Positions 48,447-57,600 are shown, counted from the first letter of the stretch. The stretch: 64,000 nt of DNA from Gammaproteobacteria bacterium (GCA_011682695.1 JAACED010000005.1:2488-66487), one strand, 5' to 3'. A program made the numbers and translations. The notes: generated by a model not told the origin, from the letters alone.

Positions 48447-49041
48447 CTGTCCAACTCCTGTCGCTCATATGTACGGTGATGGTGGCAAGGAACTCGGCAG
48501 CTTCGAGCCGAGTGACCGCAGTGCCCACATCGTCTCCGACAGCCAGTACACCCATCCCTCGAATCACGGTCACGCCTTCTGGAAGAGGTTCTGTCGCCAC
48601 ACCCAGCCGGATGGAACCTGCAGCTTCACTCATGGATGCCACAACAGGCTCCGGCACACGATGTTGCTCGGCGAGAGCCAGCAGCATGGGCGGCAATCCC
48701 CATGCTGCCGCCTCATGGAAAGCAAGGGCGGCGACGAGCGGATCGGAGTCATCGATGGGAACCGTATCCAACGCTCGATTGTCGATGCAGCCCAGGTCGG
48801 CGCCTACAGCGGTTCGCGTCGCGGACTTGTCGGACCGACGGACGGCGACCGCTCCCAGTGTTGCGGGAGCCAATCCGGCCGCCAGGAGACGTTCGGCGGC
48901 GCGACGAATCTCCGCGACCAGATCACGCTCCGATGGAGCGGCGTAGAGCAAGTCATTGCGGATACGATCGACACGCCGGGGCTGCATTTGAACGGCGCGA
49001 TCGACCGAGCGACGCATGATTCGCCGGAGCAGTCCTTTCAT
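48439..49041 (-). CDS. Class II aldolase/adducin-like protein without recognisable Zn-His ligands
   Basis: AAERLLAAGL...GAVAVR and VIRGMGVLAVGDD..TA..RLE align with the aldolase II pattern; overlaps the ptsH start. Confidence 0.55.
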   Translation of the reverse strand: MKGLLRRIMRRSVDRAVQMQPRRVDRIRNDLLYAAPSERDLVAEIRRAAERLLAAGLAPATLGAVAVRRSDKSATRTAVGADLGCIDNRALDTVPIDDSDPLVAALAFHEAAAWGLPPMLLALAEQHRVPEPVVASMSEAAGSIRLGVATEPLPEGVTVIRGMGVLAVGDDVGTAVTRLEAAEFLATITVHMSDRSWTDG

Positions 49042-49046
49042 GGGCT

Positions 49047-50336
49047 TCAGTGCTCGGCCGTTTCGAGATCCTGGAGCCGTCTCAGGTTGACGACGGTGAG
49101 CGACTCGTCGAGTGCGACGTCGTCATAGGCCAGGGTTTGGCCCATCTCCACATCTCGCAAGATCTTCGCTCCGGGTGCCAAACCCAAGGGGAGAAGGCAC
49201 TGTTGGCGTGCAATGTCGGCACGTTCAATCAGTCCGTAGACAGTGAAGCCACCGAGACCGTCGATGATTTCGCCGGCCTTCAGCGGTCTCTTGGCCACGG
49301 TGATGGCTTCCGCCGTTGGATGAGCATCGGTTGCGAGTGTCGTTTCGCCCATGAGTGCGGCTCGGGCGATCCATACAGGTGTCTCCAGGCTCGTCAGATG
49401 ATACGGACGGTAGAGCGCCCAGTAGGGTCCCGGGCCCATCGACAGATACTGAAGATCGCGTATCAGTTTTGGGTGGTCCGTCGTGAACGTCACGAACACA
49501 CCAGGGGCGATTCCTAGACCGAAGTCGACCACCCCTTCATGTGACTCGATTCCTCCGGCATCACGAGGAACGTACGTTTGAGCCAGTGCCTCTTGCGTCA
49601 CATTGGGTCCGTGCATTCCCCGTATGTCAGGTATGAATTGTATGCCGTTTGCCAGCGATGTCATCTCCACCATCGTCTTGGTGCCGTCAACGAAAGAGGC
49701 GAGCATCTTTGGATTCATCTTGCGGGCTCGCGCCATCTCGGCCATGGAATCGGGGTTCGCCGAGCGGTCGAGTGGATTGTTCTTTCCTTTGCCGGCGGCG
49801 ACGACTTTGAATCCAAGACTGGTGGCAAAGTCGTAGAGCTCCATCGTGGCACCTGGCTCATCGCCTCCGGTCAGCGTGTAGACCACGCCGGCGGCCTTGG
49901 CCATCTTGCGAAGGATGTAGCCAACGGTGGCATCCGTCTCGACATTCATCTGCATCACGTGCTTGCGGGCCAGGATCGCGTGATAGGCGACACGGGCTCC
50001 AACATCGGGGATTCCTGTCGCCTCCACGACCACATCCAGTGGCTCGATCGTTGCTGCAAGATGGGCCCTTGTGGTGGCGACACGTTTGCCTGCATACACG
50101 GCATCTGCAGCCTTGTCCGGATCCTCGGTGTCGACGATGTCCGATGCGTCTACACCGGCGGAGAGGAGGACTTCTGTGGCACGCCCCGGCACGACGTCGG
50201 CCACGACCACTACGCGCATTCCGTAGACGGTCTCCATCTGGCTTACCAAGCCCTCACCCATCTGGCCGGCGCCTGCGAGACCAATGCGCACGATCTCCCC
50301 GCGTTCCTCGCGCGATTTCAGTAGCGGTAACAGCAT
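49047..50336 (-). CDS. NAD(P)-dependent oxidoreductase, homoserine dehydrogenase-like, with C-terminal SAF domain
   Basis: GLAGAGQMG, VVEATG, MNVETD.TVG, GDEPG, AAGKGKNN, FVDGTKTM.EM, YRPYHL and AKRPLKAGE.IDG.GG. Confidence 0.88.
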   Translation of the reverse strand: MLLPLLKSREERGEIVRIGLAGAGQMGEGLVSQMETVYGMRVVVVADVVPGRATEVLLSAGVDASDIVDTEDPDKAADAVYAGKRVATTRAHLAATIEPLDVVVEATGIPDVGARVAYHAILARKHVMQMNVETDATVGYILRKMAKAAGVVYTLTGGDEPGATMELYDFATSLGFKVVAAGKGKNNPLDRSANPDSMAEMARARKMNPKMLASFVDGTKTMVEMTSLANGIQFIPDIRGMHGPNVTQEALAQTYVPRDAGGIESHEGVVDFGLGIAPGVFVTFTTDHPKLIRDLQYLSMGPGPYWALYRPYHLTSLETPVWIARAALMGETTLATDAHPTAEAITVAKRPLKAGEIIDGLGGFTVYGLIERADIARQQCLLPLGLAPGAKILRDVEMGQTLAYDDVALDESLTVVNLRRLQDLETAEH

Positions 50337-50710
50337 CAATGCTCTCCTTTGAGAATCCGCACGACAGTGCCAGGCGTGACGTTCGGTGCCGGAACTTCGG
50401 GGACGCTCACGTCTCCGGGAAGTTCGGGTTCGGTGCACCCGTTGAACTTTACGATGAGGTGTCCGAGATTGGCCAGGTTCTCGTTTGCGACGTCTCCCAC
50501 ACAGAGCACCGGGTACGGTTCTGTGCCTATCTCGAGGATGTCGCCGGCCTCGACTGGGGAATGCAATTTGTCATGATCAATGAGAATGGCGAACTCGTGG
50601 AGTTCCTCGGGGGCTTCTTCGCCGAAGAACACGAGGATGCCTTCTGCAGCGAACGCCTCGGCCATTTCCCCTACGCTGATCACGGTTGTTTCATACTTGA
50701 CGGTGGTCAT
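50336..50710 (-). CDS. srlB: PTS glucitol/sorbitol-family IIA
   Basis: FGEEAPEELHEF, VGDVANENLANLGH and FNG...LPG. Confidence 0.92.
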   Translation of the reverse strand: MTTVKYETTVISVGEMAEAFAAEGILVFFGEEAPEELHEFAILIDHDKLHSPVEAGDILEIGTEPYPVLCVGDVANENLANLGHLIVKFNGCTEPELPGDVSVPEVPAPNVTPGTVVRILKGEH

Positions 50711-50757
50711 GGCATTAGTCACCCCACCCGGCCGCCGGCCGGGCCCATCGAGCGTGG

Positions 50758-50788
50758 GATGGGATCCGGCGGTCAACCGGATCCCATC
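50758..50788. other. Intra-operonic 12-bp stem-loop
   Basis: gatgggatccgg-cggtcaa-ccggatcccatc between the IIB and IIA genes. Confidence 0.6.
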
Positions 50789-50802
50789 GCGTCGGACCTT
50801 GC

Positions 50803-51351
50803 TCAGTCCTCGATCAAGGAGATGTTGTCGACATCAACCCCGGAGACGAAGTTCTCCTCGGTGATGAATCGCGCCAACGGACCCGAGGGACTCGCCCCGT
50901 GCACGTCGACGGTCAGCACACCCTTCATGGGGTACACACCGATGCGAGCCGTGCCACCACAATCGATGACGGCGACTGCAATCTCGCTGAAGCCGGCTTT
51001 CGACTTGAAACCGTCGAATGGCCTCCCACCGGTGAGGTCTGCGATGCGCTGAGCGACCGGGTGGATGCCTCCTCCGGTCACGGAGTAGATCAGGTCCCTT
51101 CCTGGTTCCGGCTGGATGACCAGTCCTGTGCCCCACCCTTTCATGCCGCGTCCGACGCGCACCTTCCGATACCCTCCCTCAGGAGGCGAAGGCTGCGCAG
51201 GCTCGGCAGGGACCTCGACGGTCTCGGCGGCAGCCTCGTCTGGAGCGGACTCTGCGGTCGTGGCCGTCTTTTCGGCCTCCGGCCGAGTCGCATCCTCCGT
51301 TGCTTCAGCAGCTTCTTTGGGGGACTTCTTGTGCCGTTTCAGAAAACCCAT
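50803..51351 (-). CDS. PTS glucitol-family IIB (stand-alone SrlE N-terminal domain) with Ala/Glu/Pro-rich leader
   Basis: GWG..L, VTGGGIHP, DGFK, VIDCGGTARIGVYP, SGPLA.FI.E..FVSGV. Confidence 0.9.
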   Translation of the reverse strand: MGFLKRHKKSPKEAAEATEDATRPEAEKTATTAESAPDEAAAETVEVPAEPAQPSPPEGGYRKVRVGRGMKGWGTGLVIQPEPGRDLIYSVTGGGIHPVAQRIADLTGGRPFDGFKSKAGFSEIAVAVIDCGGTARIGVYPMKGVLTVDVHGASPSGPLARFITEENFVSGVDVDNISLIED

Positions 51352-51375
51352 TCGAACAACGCCTCCTCTTGTCGA

Positions 51376-51906
51376 TCAGGCGTACATACCGATGCTGGCT
51401 GCCCACCCGATCACCACGGCTATTGGACCCGTGATCATCCGGGAGAACAGCACTGCTGGTACCCCGATCTCTACAGTCTCTGGTTCTGCTTCTCCAAGCG
51501 CGAGACCTACTGGAATGAAGTCGCACCCAACCTGGGGGTTGATGGCCCACAAGGCCGTCAATGCCATGGCCGGCGAGATATTCCCTCGGCCGATCTCAAC
51601 ACCGATAAGTGTACCGATGATCTGCGCGATGACTGCTCCGGGACCCAACAGTGGTGAGAGCAACGGAAACCCGATGATCACCGAAAGGATGAGGAGTCCA
51701 ATGACATTGCTGGCCAAGCCTTTCAGACCGTTGGCCAACCAGTCGCCGACGCCTGTTGCAAGGATGATGCCGATGACAAAAGCGATGAATGCCATGAACG
51801 GAATCACGGTCTTCAACACAATGTCTACAGCGTCGCGGCCTGCCTGAAACAGGGCTCCGACCACCAGGCCGGTTCCCTTACCGAGTCGAGTCAAGAAATC
51901 TTGCAT
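51376..51906 (-). CDS. PTS glucitol-family membrane subunit (stand-alone SrlE C-terminal domain)
   Basis: [33 protein letters not shown] and GVPAVL.SR; GAGGAGG RBS. Confidence 0.9.
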   Translation of the reverse strand: MQDFLTRLGKGTGLVVGALFQAGRDAVDIVLKTVIPFMAFIAFVIGIILATGVGDWLANGLKGLASNVIGLLILSVIIGFPLLSPLLGPGAVIAQIIGTLIGVEIGRGNISPAMALTALWAINPQVGCDFIPVGLALGEAEPETVEIGVPAVLFSRMITGPIAVVIGWAASIGMYA

Positions 51907-51922
51907 GTTCAATCCTCCTCGA

Positions 51923-52468
51923 TCAGGCGGCTGGGATCAGACCGCTGCGCTTCCACAGGAATGCAGTGATCCGCTCGGTAACGATTCCCCGGATTTGGAT
52001 GACCACGAGTCCGGTGAGCAAGTAGCGGACGGCCAAGTCCGTGACGCTCAATCCGAGAGCTTCGATGCCGGTCGCAATGCCGAGCCAAACGAAGAGCTCA
52101 CCCGGGTTGATGTGCGGGAAAATCCCCAGTGGGGGATGCACATACGACACCGCAGCGTCATAGAACGCCGGCTTGTACTTCTCCGGGAGGAACTGGCCAT
52201 TGGTGTACGCCATCGGATTCGTCAGGAAGAACACCGAAAGCACGGGCCAGACTACGTACCTGATGGGGTAGTAGATAATCCCTTCGCGAGCTGCCCATTC
52301 ACCAAACTTGTTCACGCGTTCCGGCCCAATCAGCGCGATCAGCGCGTTTACGCCGGTAAGCAGCACGATGAGCAGCGGAACGATTCCGACCAGCAGACCG
52401 GAGAAGACATCGGCACCTTGCTTGAAGACACCGATGAAAGCTTCAGCCCAACTTGCTAGTAATTCCAT
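51923..52468 (-). CDS. srlA: PTS glucitol/sorbitol-family IIC
   Basis: TNPMAYT, KYKPAFY and [16 protein letters not shown]. Confidence 0.92.
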   Translation of the reverse strand: MELLASWAEAFIGVFKQGADVFSGLLVGIVPLLIVLLTGVNALIALIGPERVNKFGEWAAREGIIYYPIRYVVWPVLSVFFLTNPMAYTNGQFLPEKYKPAFYDAAVSYVHPPLGIFPHINPGELFVWLGIATGIEALGLSVTDLAVRYLLTGLVVIQIRGIVTERITAFLWKRSGLIPAA

Positions 52469-52547
52469 TGTCTCTCCTCTCAGACTGACAGCGTCTGTTT
52501 ACTTTCGGTCCGCTGTAGTAACCGGTCTCACTTGCGCGTTATGTCAT

Positions 52548-52985
52548 TCAGTCATCCTCCTCAGATCCGTCCACCCTCGATTCAATTGACGAGGAACGTT
52601 TGTCTCTCGCGTTCTTGAGAAAGCCTGCCGCCTGTTCGAATGCCGCCCAGGTCTTGTCGCTTACTCCGGCCGGGGGTGTCCCGAGGCCAAGATTGTCGAG
52701 CTGCCAGCCGACGACGCTAGGAACAGGCTGAAGGCCGGCGAAGATGGTGAACCCGGATAGGCGCTCTGCAGCGACGACTACGTCGGATTGGTCGATGACC
52801 GCGACGACATAGGTCTTGCGCTTCCAGTTCGAACCGGCCATGCCGATGGACATTGTGCTTCCCAGGCGGCGAAGATCCTGGGCACGTCCATGGAATCGAT
52901 GCATTTGCCATGTGGAGAGACCGAGTTGGATGAGCCAGGCAACCACGAGAAGGATGAGCAGCATGATCGTTTTGGACTCGAACAT
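52548..52985 (-). CDS. gutM: GutM-family glucitol operon activator
   Basis: N-terminal TM, WLIQ..L...Q and SGFTIFA; lies immediately upstream of srlA. Confidence 0.8.
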   Translation of the reverse strand: MFESKTIMLLILLVVAWLIQLGLSTWQMHRFHGRAQDLRRLGSTMSIGMAGSNWKRKTYVVAVIDQSDVVVAAERLSGFTIFAGLQPVPSVVGWQLDNLGLGTPPAGVSDKTWAAFEQAAGFLKNARDKRSSSIESRVDGSEEDD

Positions 52986-53962
52986 CACGCCACCTCACTG
53001 ATAGATGTATTTGTATCGATATGGAGGATCGCCTCGGCGGCGGTGGAATCGGTGACGAGGGCATCCAGATACCCGCCTCTGAGCACGGAGAGGATCGCAG
53101 TGGCCTTGCCCTTTCCCGCTGCGACCGCCATGACGAAAGGTATCGAGGTGAGGTCTTCCAGCGGCATGGCCACGATTCTTCGGTTCTGGGGCAGATCTGC
53201 AGGGCGTCCCCGGTCGTCGAACAAGAAACCCAAAAGATCTCCCACGACGCCACGTTCTTGGAGCTCGGTAATTGTTGCCCGGTCGAAGTATCCGGCGCGG
53301 ACGATGCCCGGAATCTGGCCGACAGATCCGATACCTGTGATGGCCACGTCACTCTCTCGGGCAAGGTCCAACGTGTGCCTGATTGCCTGCTGGGATAGGA
53401 GCGATTGGGCAGTCTCCTCCCGGTCCACGAGAAGAGGAGTCGCCAGGAAGTGATAGTCGCCATTCAGTTTCTCGGCAAGCAGCCTGACGATGCCGGAACC
53501 GTCGATGGAAGGGTCTCCTTCGCCGATGGAGCCCATCATCTGCACGGCCGAGACTCCCCGAAGCTGTATCTCTGGCATCGCTCTCACGACATGGAAAAGG
53601 GAAGCTCCCCATCCGACGGAAATACGCATGTCGGAGTGGAGATGACTTTGGAGAGACCGTGCAGCGAGGCGACCTACCCGAGCTAGAAGTGTTTCATACG
53701 CAAGGCCACGATTGTCGAGCACTCGAGCTTCCGTCAACCCGTAACGTTCCACGAGCTGCTGTTCCAAGTCTGGACGTGAGCGCAGCGGGAACTTGACCCG
53801 GATTTGCACCAATCCGGCTTCGCGAGCCTCACGCAGCAGACGCGAGACCATCGACCGTGATTTTCCGATGCGGAGTGCTATCTCGCGCTGGTCGAGATTC
53901 TCCTCGTAATACCAGACGACGATCTGGCCCAACAACTCGAGCCGTTCCTCGCTCGCAGGCAT
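52985..53962 (-). CDS. SorC/LsrR-family sugar-binding transcriptional regulator
   Basis: YYEENLDQREIA..IGKSRSMVSRLL, VGWGASL, ITGIG, GVVGD and LVTD. Confidence 0.92.
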   Translation of the reverse strand: MPASEERLELLGQIVVWYYEENLDQREIALRIGKSRSMVSRLLREAREAGLVQIRVKFPLRSRPDLEQQLVERYGLTEARVLDNRGLAYETLLARVGRLAARSLQSHLHSDMRISVGWGASLFHVVRAMPEIQLRGVSAVQMMGSIGEGDPSIDGSGIVRLLAEKLNGDYHFLATPLLVDREETAQSLLSQQAIRHTLDLARESDVAITGIGSVGQIPGIVRAGYFDRATITELQERGVVGDLLGFLFDDRGRPADLPQNRRIVAMPLEDLTSIPFVMAVAAGKGKATAILSVLRGGYLDALVTDSTAAEAILHIDTNTSISEVA

Positions 53963-54051
53963 GAATACCCTCCCAGATACCCGCAGTCAACGTGAGTATT
54001 TTCAGTTGCAGGGACTGTATGCCGGTACTCACGGACGCGTCAATGAGTGTG

Positions 54052-54086
54052 TGCACATATGTGCATCCTCGGTGCACTTATGTTCT
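54052..54086. promoter_or_regulatory. Tandem operator boxes upstream of the PTS operon
   Basis: Perfect palindrome tgcacatatgtgca (54052-65) and degenerate copy tgcacttatgttct (54073-86), offset by 21 bp. Confidence 0.6.
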
Positions 54087-54232
54087 CTGTCACTGTCAGC
54101 AGCACAGTATCGATTTCGGTGGCGGGCCTCCAAGTTCGAAAGAGGCAAGGTGGTGTTGTTCCAAGGGCGGTTGGCATGGTGGAGGCGCCGGGTGATCCTG
54201 CCCCGTCGGATTCCACTCCTCACTAGGCTCGG

Positions 54233-55432
54233 ATGAATCGACACGGGAGAATCCTGATGGTCCACGGCCACTGTGACCGAGCGTTCGATACGGTTCGTGA
54301 GGCATTCGCCGCCAATTTCGCGGAGCGCGCGGAGACCGGAGCGGCGCTCAGCGTCTACGCAGACGGACGCAAGGTCGTGGATCTGTGGGGTGGGGATGCC
54401 GGCCCCGGACGACCGTGGGAGCAGGACACCATCACCCCGGTGTGGTCGGCGACCAAAGGGATCACGGCGCTGGTCGTGCAGCGTCTCGTCGATACCGGGC
54501 GACTCGGACTCGACACACCCGTGGCGCACTGGTGGCCGGAGTTCGCCCAAGGCGGCAAGGAGAAGATCACGGTCGCCGATGTGCTCACCCACGGCGCCCG
54601 TCTGCCCTATCCGCCGGGCTACGCCGAGATCGTCACGGCTGACGGGCCCGAGGGGTGGGACCGTGTCGAGGACCTCACTCGGCTACTCGAGCAGGCCGAG
54701 CCCATCTGGCCGGAGGGTACCCATGGCTACCACTCCGTGACCTTCGGGCTCCTTCTCAACGGTGTCGTGCGCCGGGCGACCGGCAGCAGCATCGGAGCGT
54801 TGCTCCGCGACGAGATCGCCGGGCCGCTCGGGATCGAGGCCGCCTGGATCGGACAGCCCGCAGAGGTCGAGGACAGGGTGGCACATCTCGAACTCACCAT
54901 CCCTCCGCCGCCCACCGATGATCCCGAGATCCTGGCGTTCATGGCCCACGCCATGAGCTCGGAGGGATCCATCGGCCGTTCGCTCTTCGTCGGACCGTCG
55001 GGGGCGATGAACTTCACCGCGGTAGGGAACGATCCCCGGTTCCGGGCCGTGGAGCACCCTGCGGCCAACGGTGTCGTCGATGCACGATCCCTGGCCCGGG
55101 TGTACGCCGCACTCGCGGGCGGCGGGGAACTCGACGGTGTTCGCGTAGTGTCCGAGGAGTCCATCGCCCGGCACAGTGCCGAGCAATGGCACGGCAACGA
55201 TGCCACGCTGATGGCCGAGAAGCGATACGCCCTCGGCTACATGCTGCCAGGTACCCCCACCGAGCGATACGGCCCTGCCGACAAGGCATTCGGGCACCCG
55301 GGGATGGGGGGTTCGCTCGGTTTCGCCGACCCCGGGATCGGATTCGGATATGTCACCCGGCACATGGTGTTCGAGATCACAGTGGACCCGCGTGTCGACG
55401 CGGTGGCCGACGCCGTGTATGCGAGCCTCTGA
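54233..55432 (+). CDS. Serine hydrolase (beta-lactamase class C/family VIII esterase)
   Basis: VVDLWGG, WSATKG (SxxK), VLTH, GYHS.TFG and FGHPGMGGS.GFADP. Confidence 0.92.
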   Translation: MNRHGRILMVHGHCDRAFDTVREAFAANFAERAETGAALSVYADGRKVVDLWGGDAGPGRPWEQDTITPVWSATKGITALVVQRLVDTGRLGLDTPVAHWWPEFAQGGKEKITVADVLTHGARLPYPPGYAEIVTADGPEGWDRVEDLTRLLEQAEPIWPEGTHGYHSVTFGLLLNGVVRRATGSSIGALLRDEIAGPLGIEAAWIGQPAEVEDRVAHLELTIPPPPTDDPEILAFMAHAMSSEGSIGRSLFVGPSGAMNFTAVGNDPRFRAVEHPAANGVVDARSLARVYAALAGGGELDGVRVVSEESIARHSAEQWHGNDATLMAEKRYALGYMLPGTPTERYGPADKAFGHPGMGGSLGFADPGIGFGYVTRHMVFEITVDPRVDAVADAVYASL

Positions 55433-55536
55433 GGTGTGACCTTCGGCCTGGCGCCGCCTCGCGCCGTTGGCCGACGGAGGGCTTCGTTCGGGATCCGGGT
55501 GTTGGGACGGTGTGCCGCCGGGGCGAGTGACGGCGC

Positions 55537-56778
55537 TCAGGGCGGTGTGCCGCTGGTCGTGTAGGTGTGGCCGAGCTTGGTGGTCCATCGGTGGTCGCCG
55601 CCGGGGAGGGGCTGGTGGGTCCATCCGGCGTCGTGTCGGATGCGGTGGTCGTGGCGGCAGAGGGGTGCGAGGTTCGTGACGGTGGTGGGACCGCCGTCGC
55701 CATACGGTGTGCCATGGTCGAGGTCGCAGCTTGCCGCGGGCATGCGGCATCCGGGGAAGACACAGGTCGGGTTGCGGGTCTCGACGTGTCTGCGCTGGCC
55801 TGTGGTGGGTCGCCGCCGCGTGGTGCCGTGGTAGGCCGGTTGTCCGGTATCGGGGTCGGTGACGGTGAAGCGCCATTGGCCGGTTTGGTTTTGTTCGGTG
55901 ACCTGTCGGGCGATGTCGGCGATGACGGGTCCGTAGCCGGCCAACTCGCCGGGATGATCGCTGAGAGTCGCCAGAGTTTCGAGGTCGACGCGGATCTCGA
56001 CGACACCTCTGGTCTTGGTGGCGTGGGTGGGCGTGCCGTCGAGCAGGTCCAGGAAGACGTCGGCGCGTAGTTGATCCATGGTGCGGGATTCGTCGGCCGT
56101 CTTGAGGCTGCGGGCGAGGTGGTCGATCTTCGCGGCCGCGGCGGTGACCCGATCCGGGGCGAGATCGAGGCCGAGGAGGTGGGCGGTTCCCGACTCGGTC
56201 GGTTCTGCGATGAGGCGCCGTTCACCGACCGCCCGTTGATACCGTTGTCGGGCATCGTCGGGGTCGACATCGATGCAGAGCCTACGGATCCGTGCTGCGA
56301 GCTGTCCGGATGTAAGGCGAGGCGCATCCCCCAACACGCGGTCGGTGACATCACGGGCAAGAGCGATCGGCAGATGTTCCGTCCCGTAGCTGATGGTCTT
56401 GGCGCGGCGCAGGTCGATGTCTCCGGCGGCCAACTCATCCCAGACTCGGGGGAGACGCCGTCTCAGGACGAAAGCGAAGGCAAGTTCCGAGTCGGCAGCC
56501 CGTCGGGTCAGCCGCAGCGCGACCCGAATCTCGGCCGCCGCGGACTCCACCGCCAATGCGTCGTCGGACTCGCCTGTCGCGTCGGCGACAGCAGCCATAT
56601 CCTCATAGATTCGGGCCTGGTAATGCGACGCCATGCGTTGATGAGCCCGCAGTACCACGATGCGGTCATACCCGGACAGCTCCCCGACATCGATCGTCGT
56701 CAGGAACGCAGCCAACACGGGACCCGGCTCCAACTCATCGAGCCGGTCGGGGATCACTGCAGCCTCGCTATCGAACAT
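55537..56778 (-). CDS. DUF222 plus HNH endonuclease (13E12-repeat-like family)
   Basis: RTMDQLRADV, LAGYGPV, CVFPGC...CDLDH...GG.T...NLAPLCRHDHRIRH. Confidence 0.9.
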   Translation of the reverse strand: MFDSEAAVIPDRLDELEPGPVLAAFLTTIDVGELSGYDRIVVLRAHQRMASHYQARIYEDMAAVADATGESDDALAVESAAAEIRVALRLTRRAADSELAFAFVLRRRLPRVWDELAAGDIDLRRAKTISYGTEHLPIALARDVTDRVLGDAPRLTSGQLAARIRRLCIDVDPDDARQRYQRAVGERRLIAEPTESGTAHLLGLDLAPDRVTAAAAKIDHLARSLKTADESRTMDQLRADVFLDLLDGTPTHATKTRGVVEIRVDLETLATLSDHPGELAGYGPVIADIARQVTEQNQTGQWRFTVTDPDTGQPAYHGTTRRRPTTGQRRHVETRNPTCVFPGCRMPAASCDLDHGTPYGDGGPTTVTNLAPLCRHDHRIRHDAGWTHQPLPGGDHRWTTKLGHTYTTSGTPP

Positions 56779-56786
56779 ATGTTCGA
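56771..56786. promoter_or_regulatory. LexA SOS box over the start codon
   Basis: TCGAAC-ATAT-GTTCGA matches the actinobacterial/Gram-positive GAAC-N4-GTTC box. Confidence 0.85.
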
Positions 56787-56808
56787 TCATACAGGGTCCC
56801 ACCGACAA
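56786..56808 (-). promoter_or_regulatory. RecA-NDp (PafBC-type) DNA-damage promoter
   Basis: Minus strand TTGTCGGTG-ggaccctg(8 nt)-TATGAT, then 7 nt to ATG. Confidence 0.8.
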
Positions 56809-56919
56809 GAACCACCCTCCAAGAACGACATATGTGCCGATCCGTTTTCGTGTGACGATTCGGCGTGTTCTGGCTCCTGGACTCGTGATCGAATGTGGGG
56901 AGTTGTAGAGCTTCTGAGG

Positions 56920-57163
56920 CTCTCAGGCCACAGATCGCCACGTCGATCGATCCGTCGTCCAGGAAATCGAGAGGCTCGGTGAAGTCATGCACCCGCAGCT
57001 CCACACGATCGGCATAGCTATCTCGTGCCAGCCGGATCATCTCCGTACTGGCATCGAAGCCGATGATCCGTTCGGCATCCTGCTCCAAGAGTCAATCGAA
57101 GTAGGCACCGGGACTGCAGCCGATGTCGAGCACGACCTTCCCCTTCACCGGAGGGAGCAGGGC
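56920..57163 (-). pseudogene. Class I SAM methyltransferase fragment with in-frame TGA
   Basis: ALLPPVKGKVVLDIGCSPGAYFD*LLEQ..IIGFDAS.EMI.LAR...SIDVAIC; lacks a start and C-terminus; ends approximate. Confidence 0.75.
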
Positions 57164-57164
57164 T

Positions 57165-57306
57165 CAGCACAACGGACGCCAGGCTGTAGCGGAGGACTGC
57201 AAACGTGATCGACTGCAACGCTTCTTCGTCCAGGCCCCGACGGATCAGCACCCACGAGCTCCACAGGAACGTAACGGCAAGGGCGATTCCGATAGCGCCG
57301 AGATGT
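57165..57306 (-). pseudogene. EamA/DMT transporter N-terminal fragment
   Basis: AIGIALAVTFLWSSWVLIRRGL...ITFAVLRYSLASVVL, abutting the methyltransferase fragment. Confidence 0.6.
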
Positions 57307-57307
57307 G

Positions 57308-57600
57308 ACGGCCAAACCCGGGACGCCGTTGCGACACTCCAACTTCGCCAAGCGAATCTGGCGGCCGGCCGTCGAAGCGGCGGGCGTCCCACCAGGGCTG
57401 CGCATCCACGACTTGAGACATACCGCTGTCGCGTTGATGATCGCAGCAGGCGCTCATCCTGAGCACATCAAACGTCACCTCGGGCACAGCTCGATCACCG
57501 TCACCATGGACCTGTACGGTCACCTGTTCCCGTCAGAGGCGGACACCATCGCGGAGCGTCTCGATCAGATGCTGCGCGAGTCTCAGACGGACAAACGACG
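57308..57600 (+). pseudogene. Tyrosine integrase C-terminal remnant
   Basis: LRHSNF.KRIWRPA, RIHDLRHT and LGHSSITVTMDLYGHL; N-terminal part absent; next to the tRNA 3' end. Confidence 0.88.

Noticed and set aside
57092..57094. In-frame TGA in the methyltransferase fragment as a second selenocysteine
   Set aside because: The position suits Trp rather than a catalytic Cys, and the gene is truncated at both ends; a pseudogene is the simpler reading
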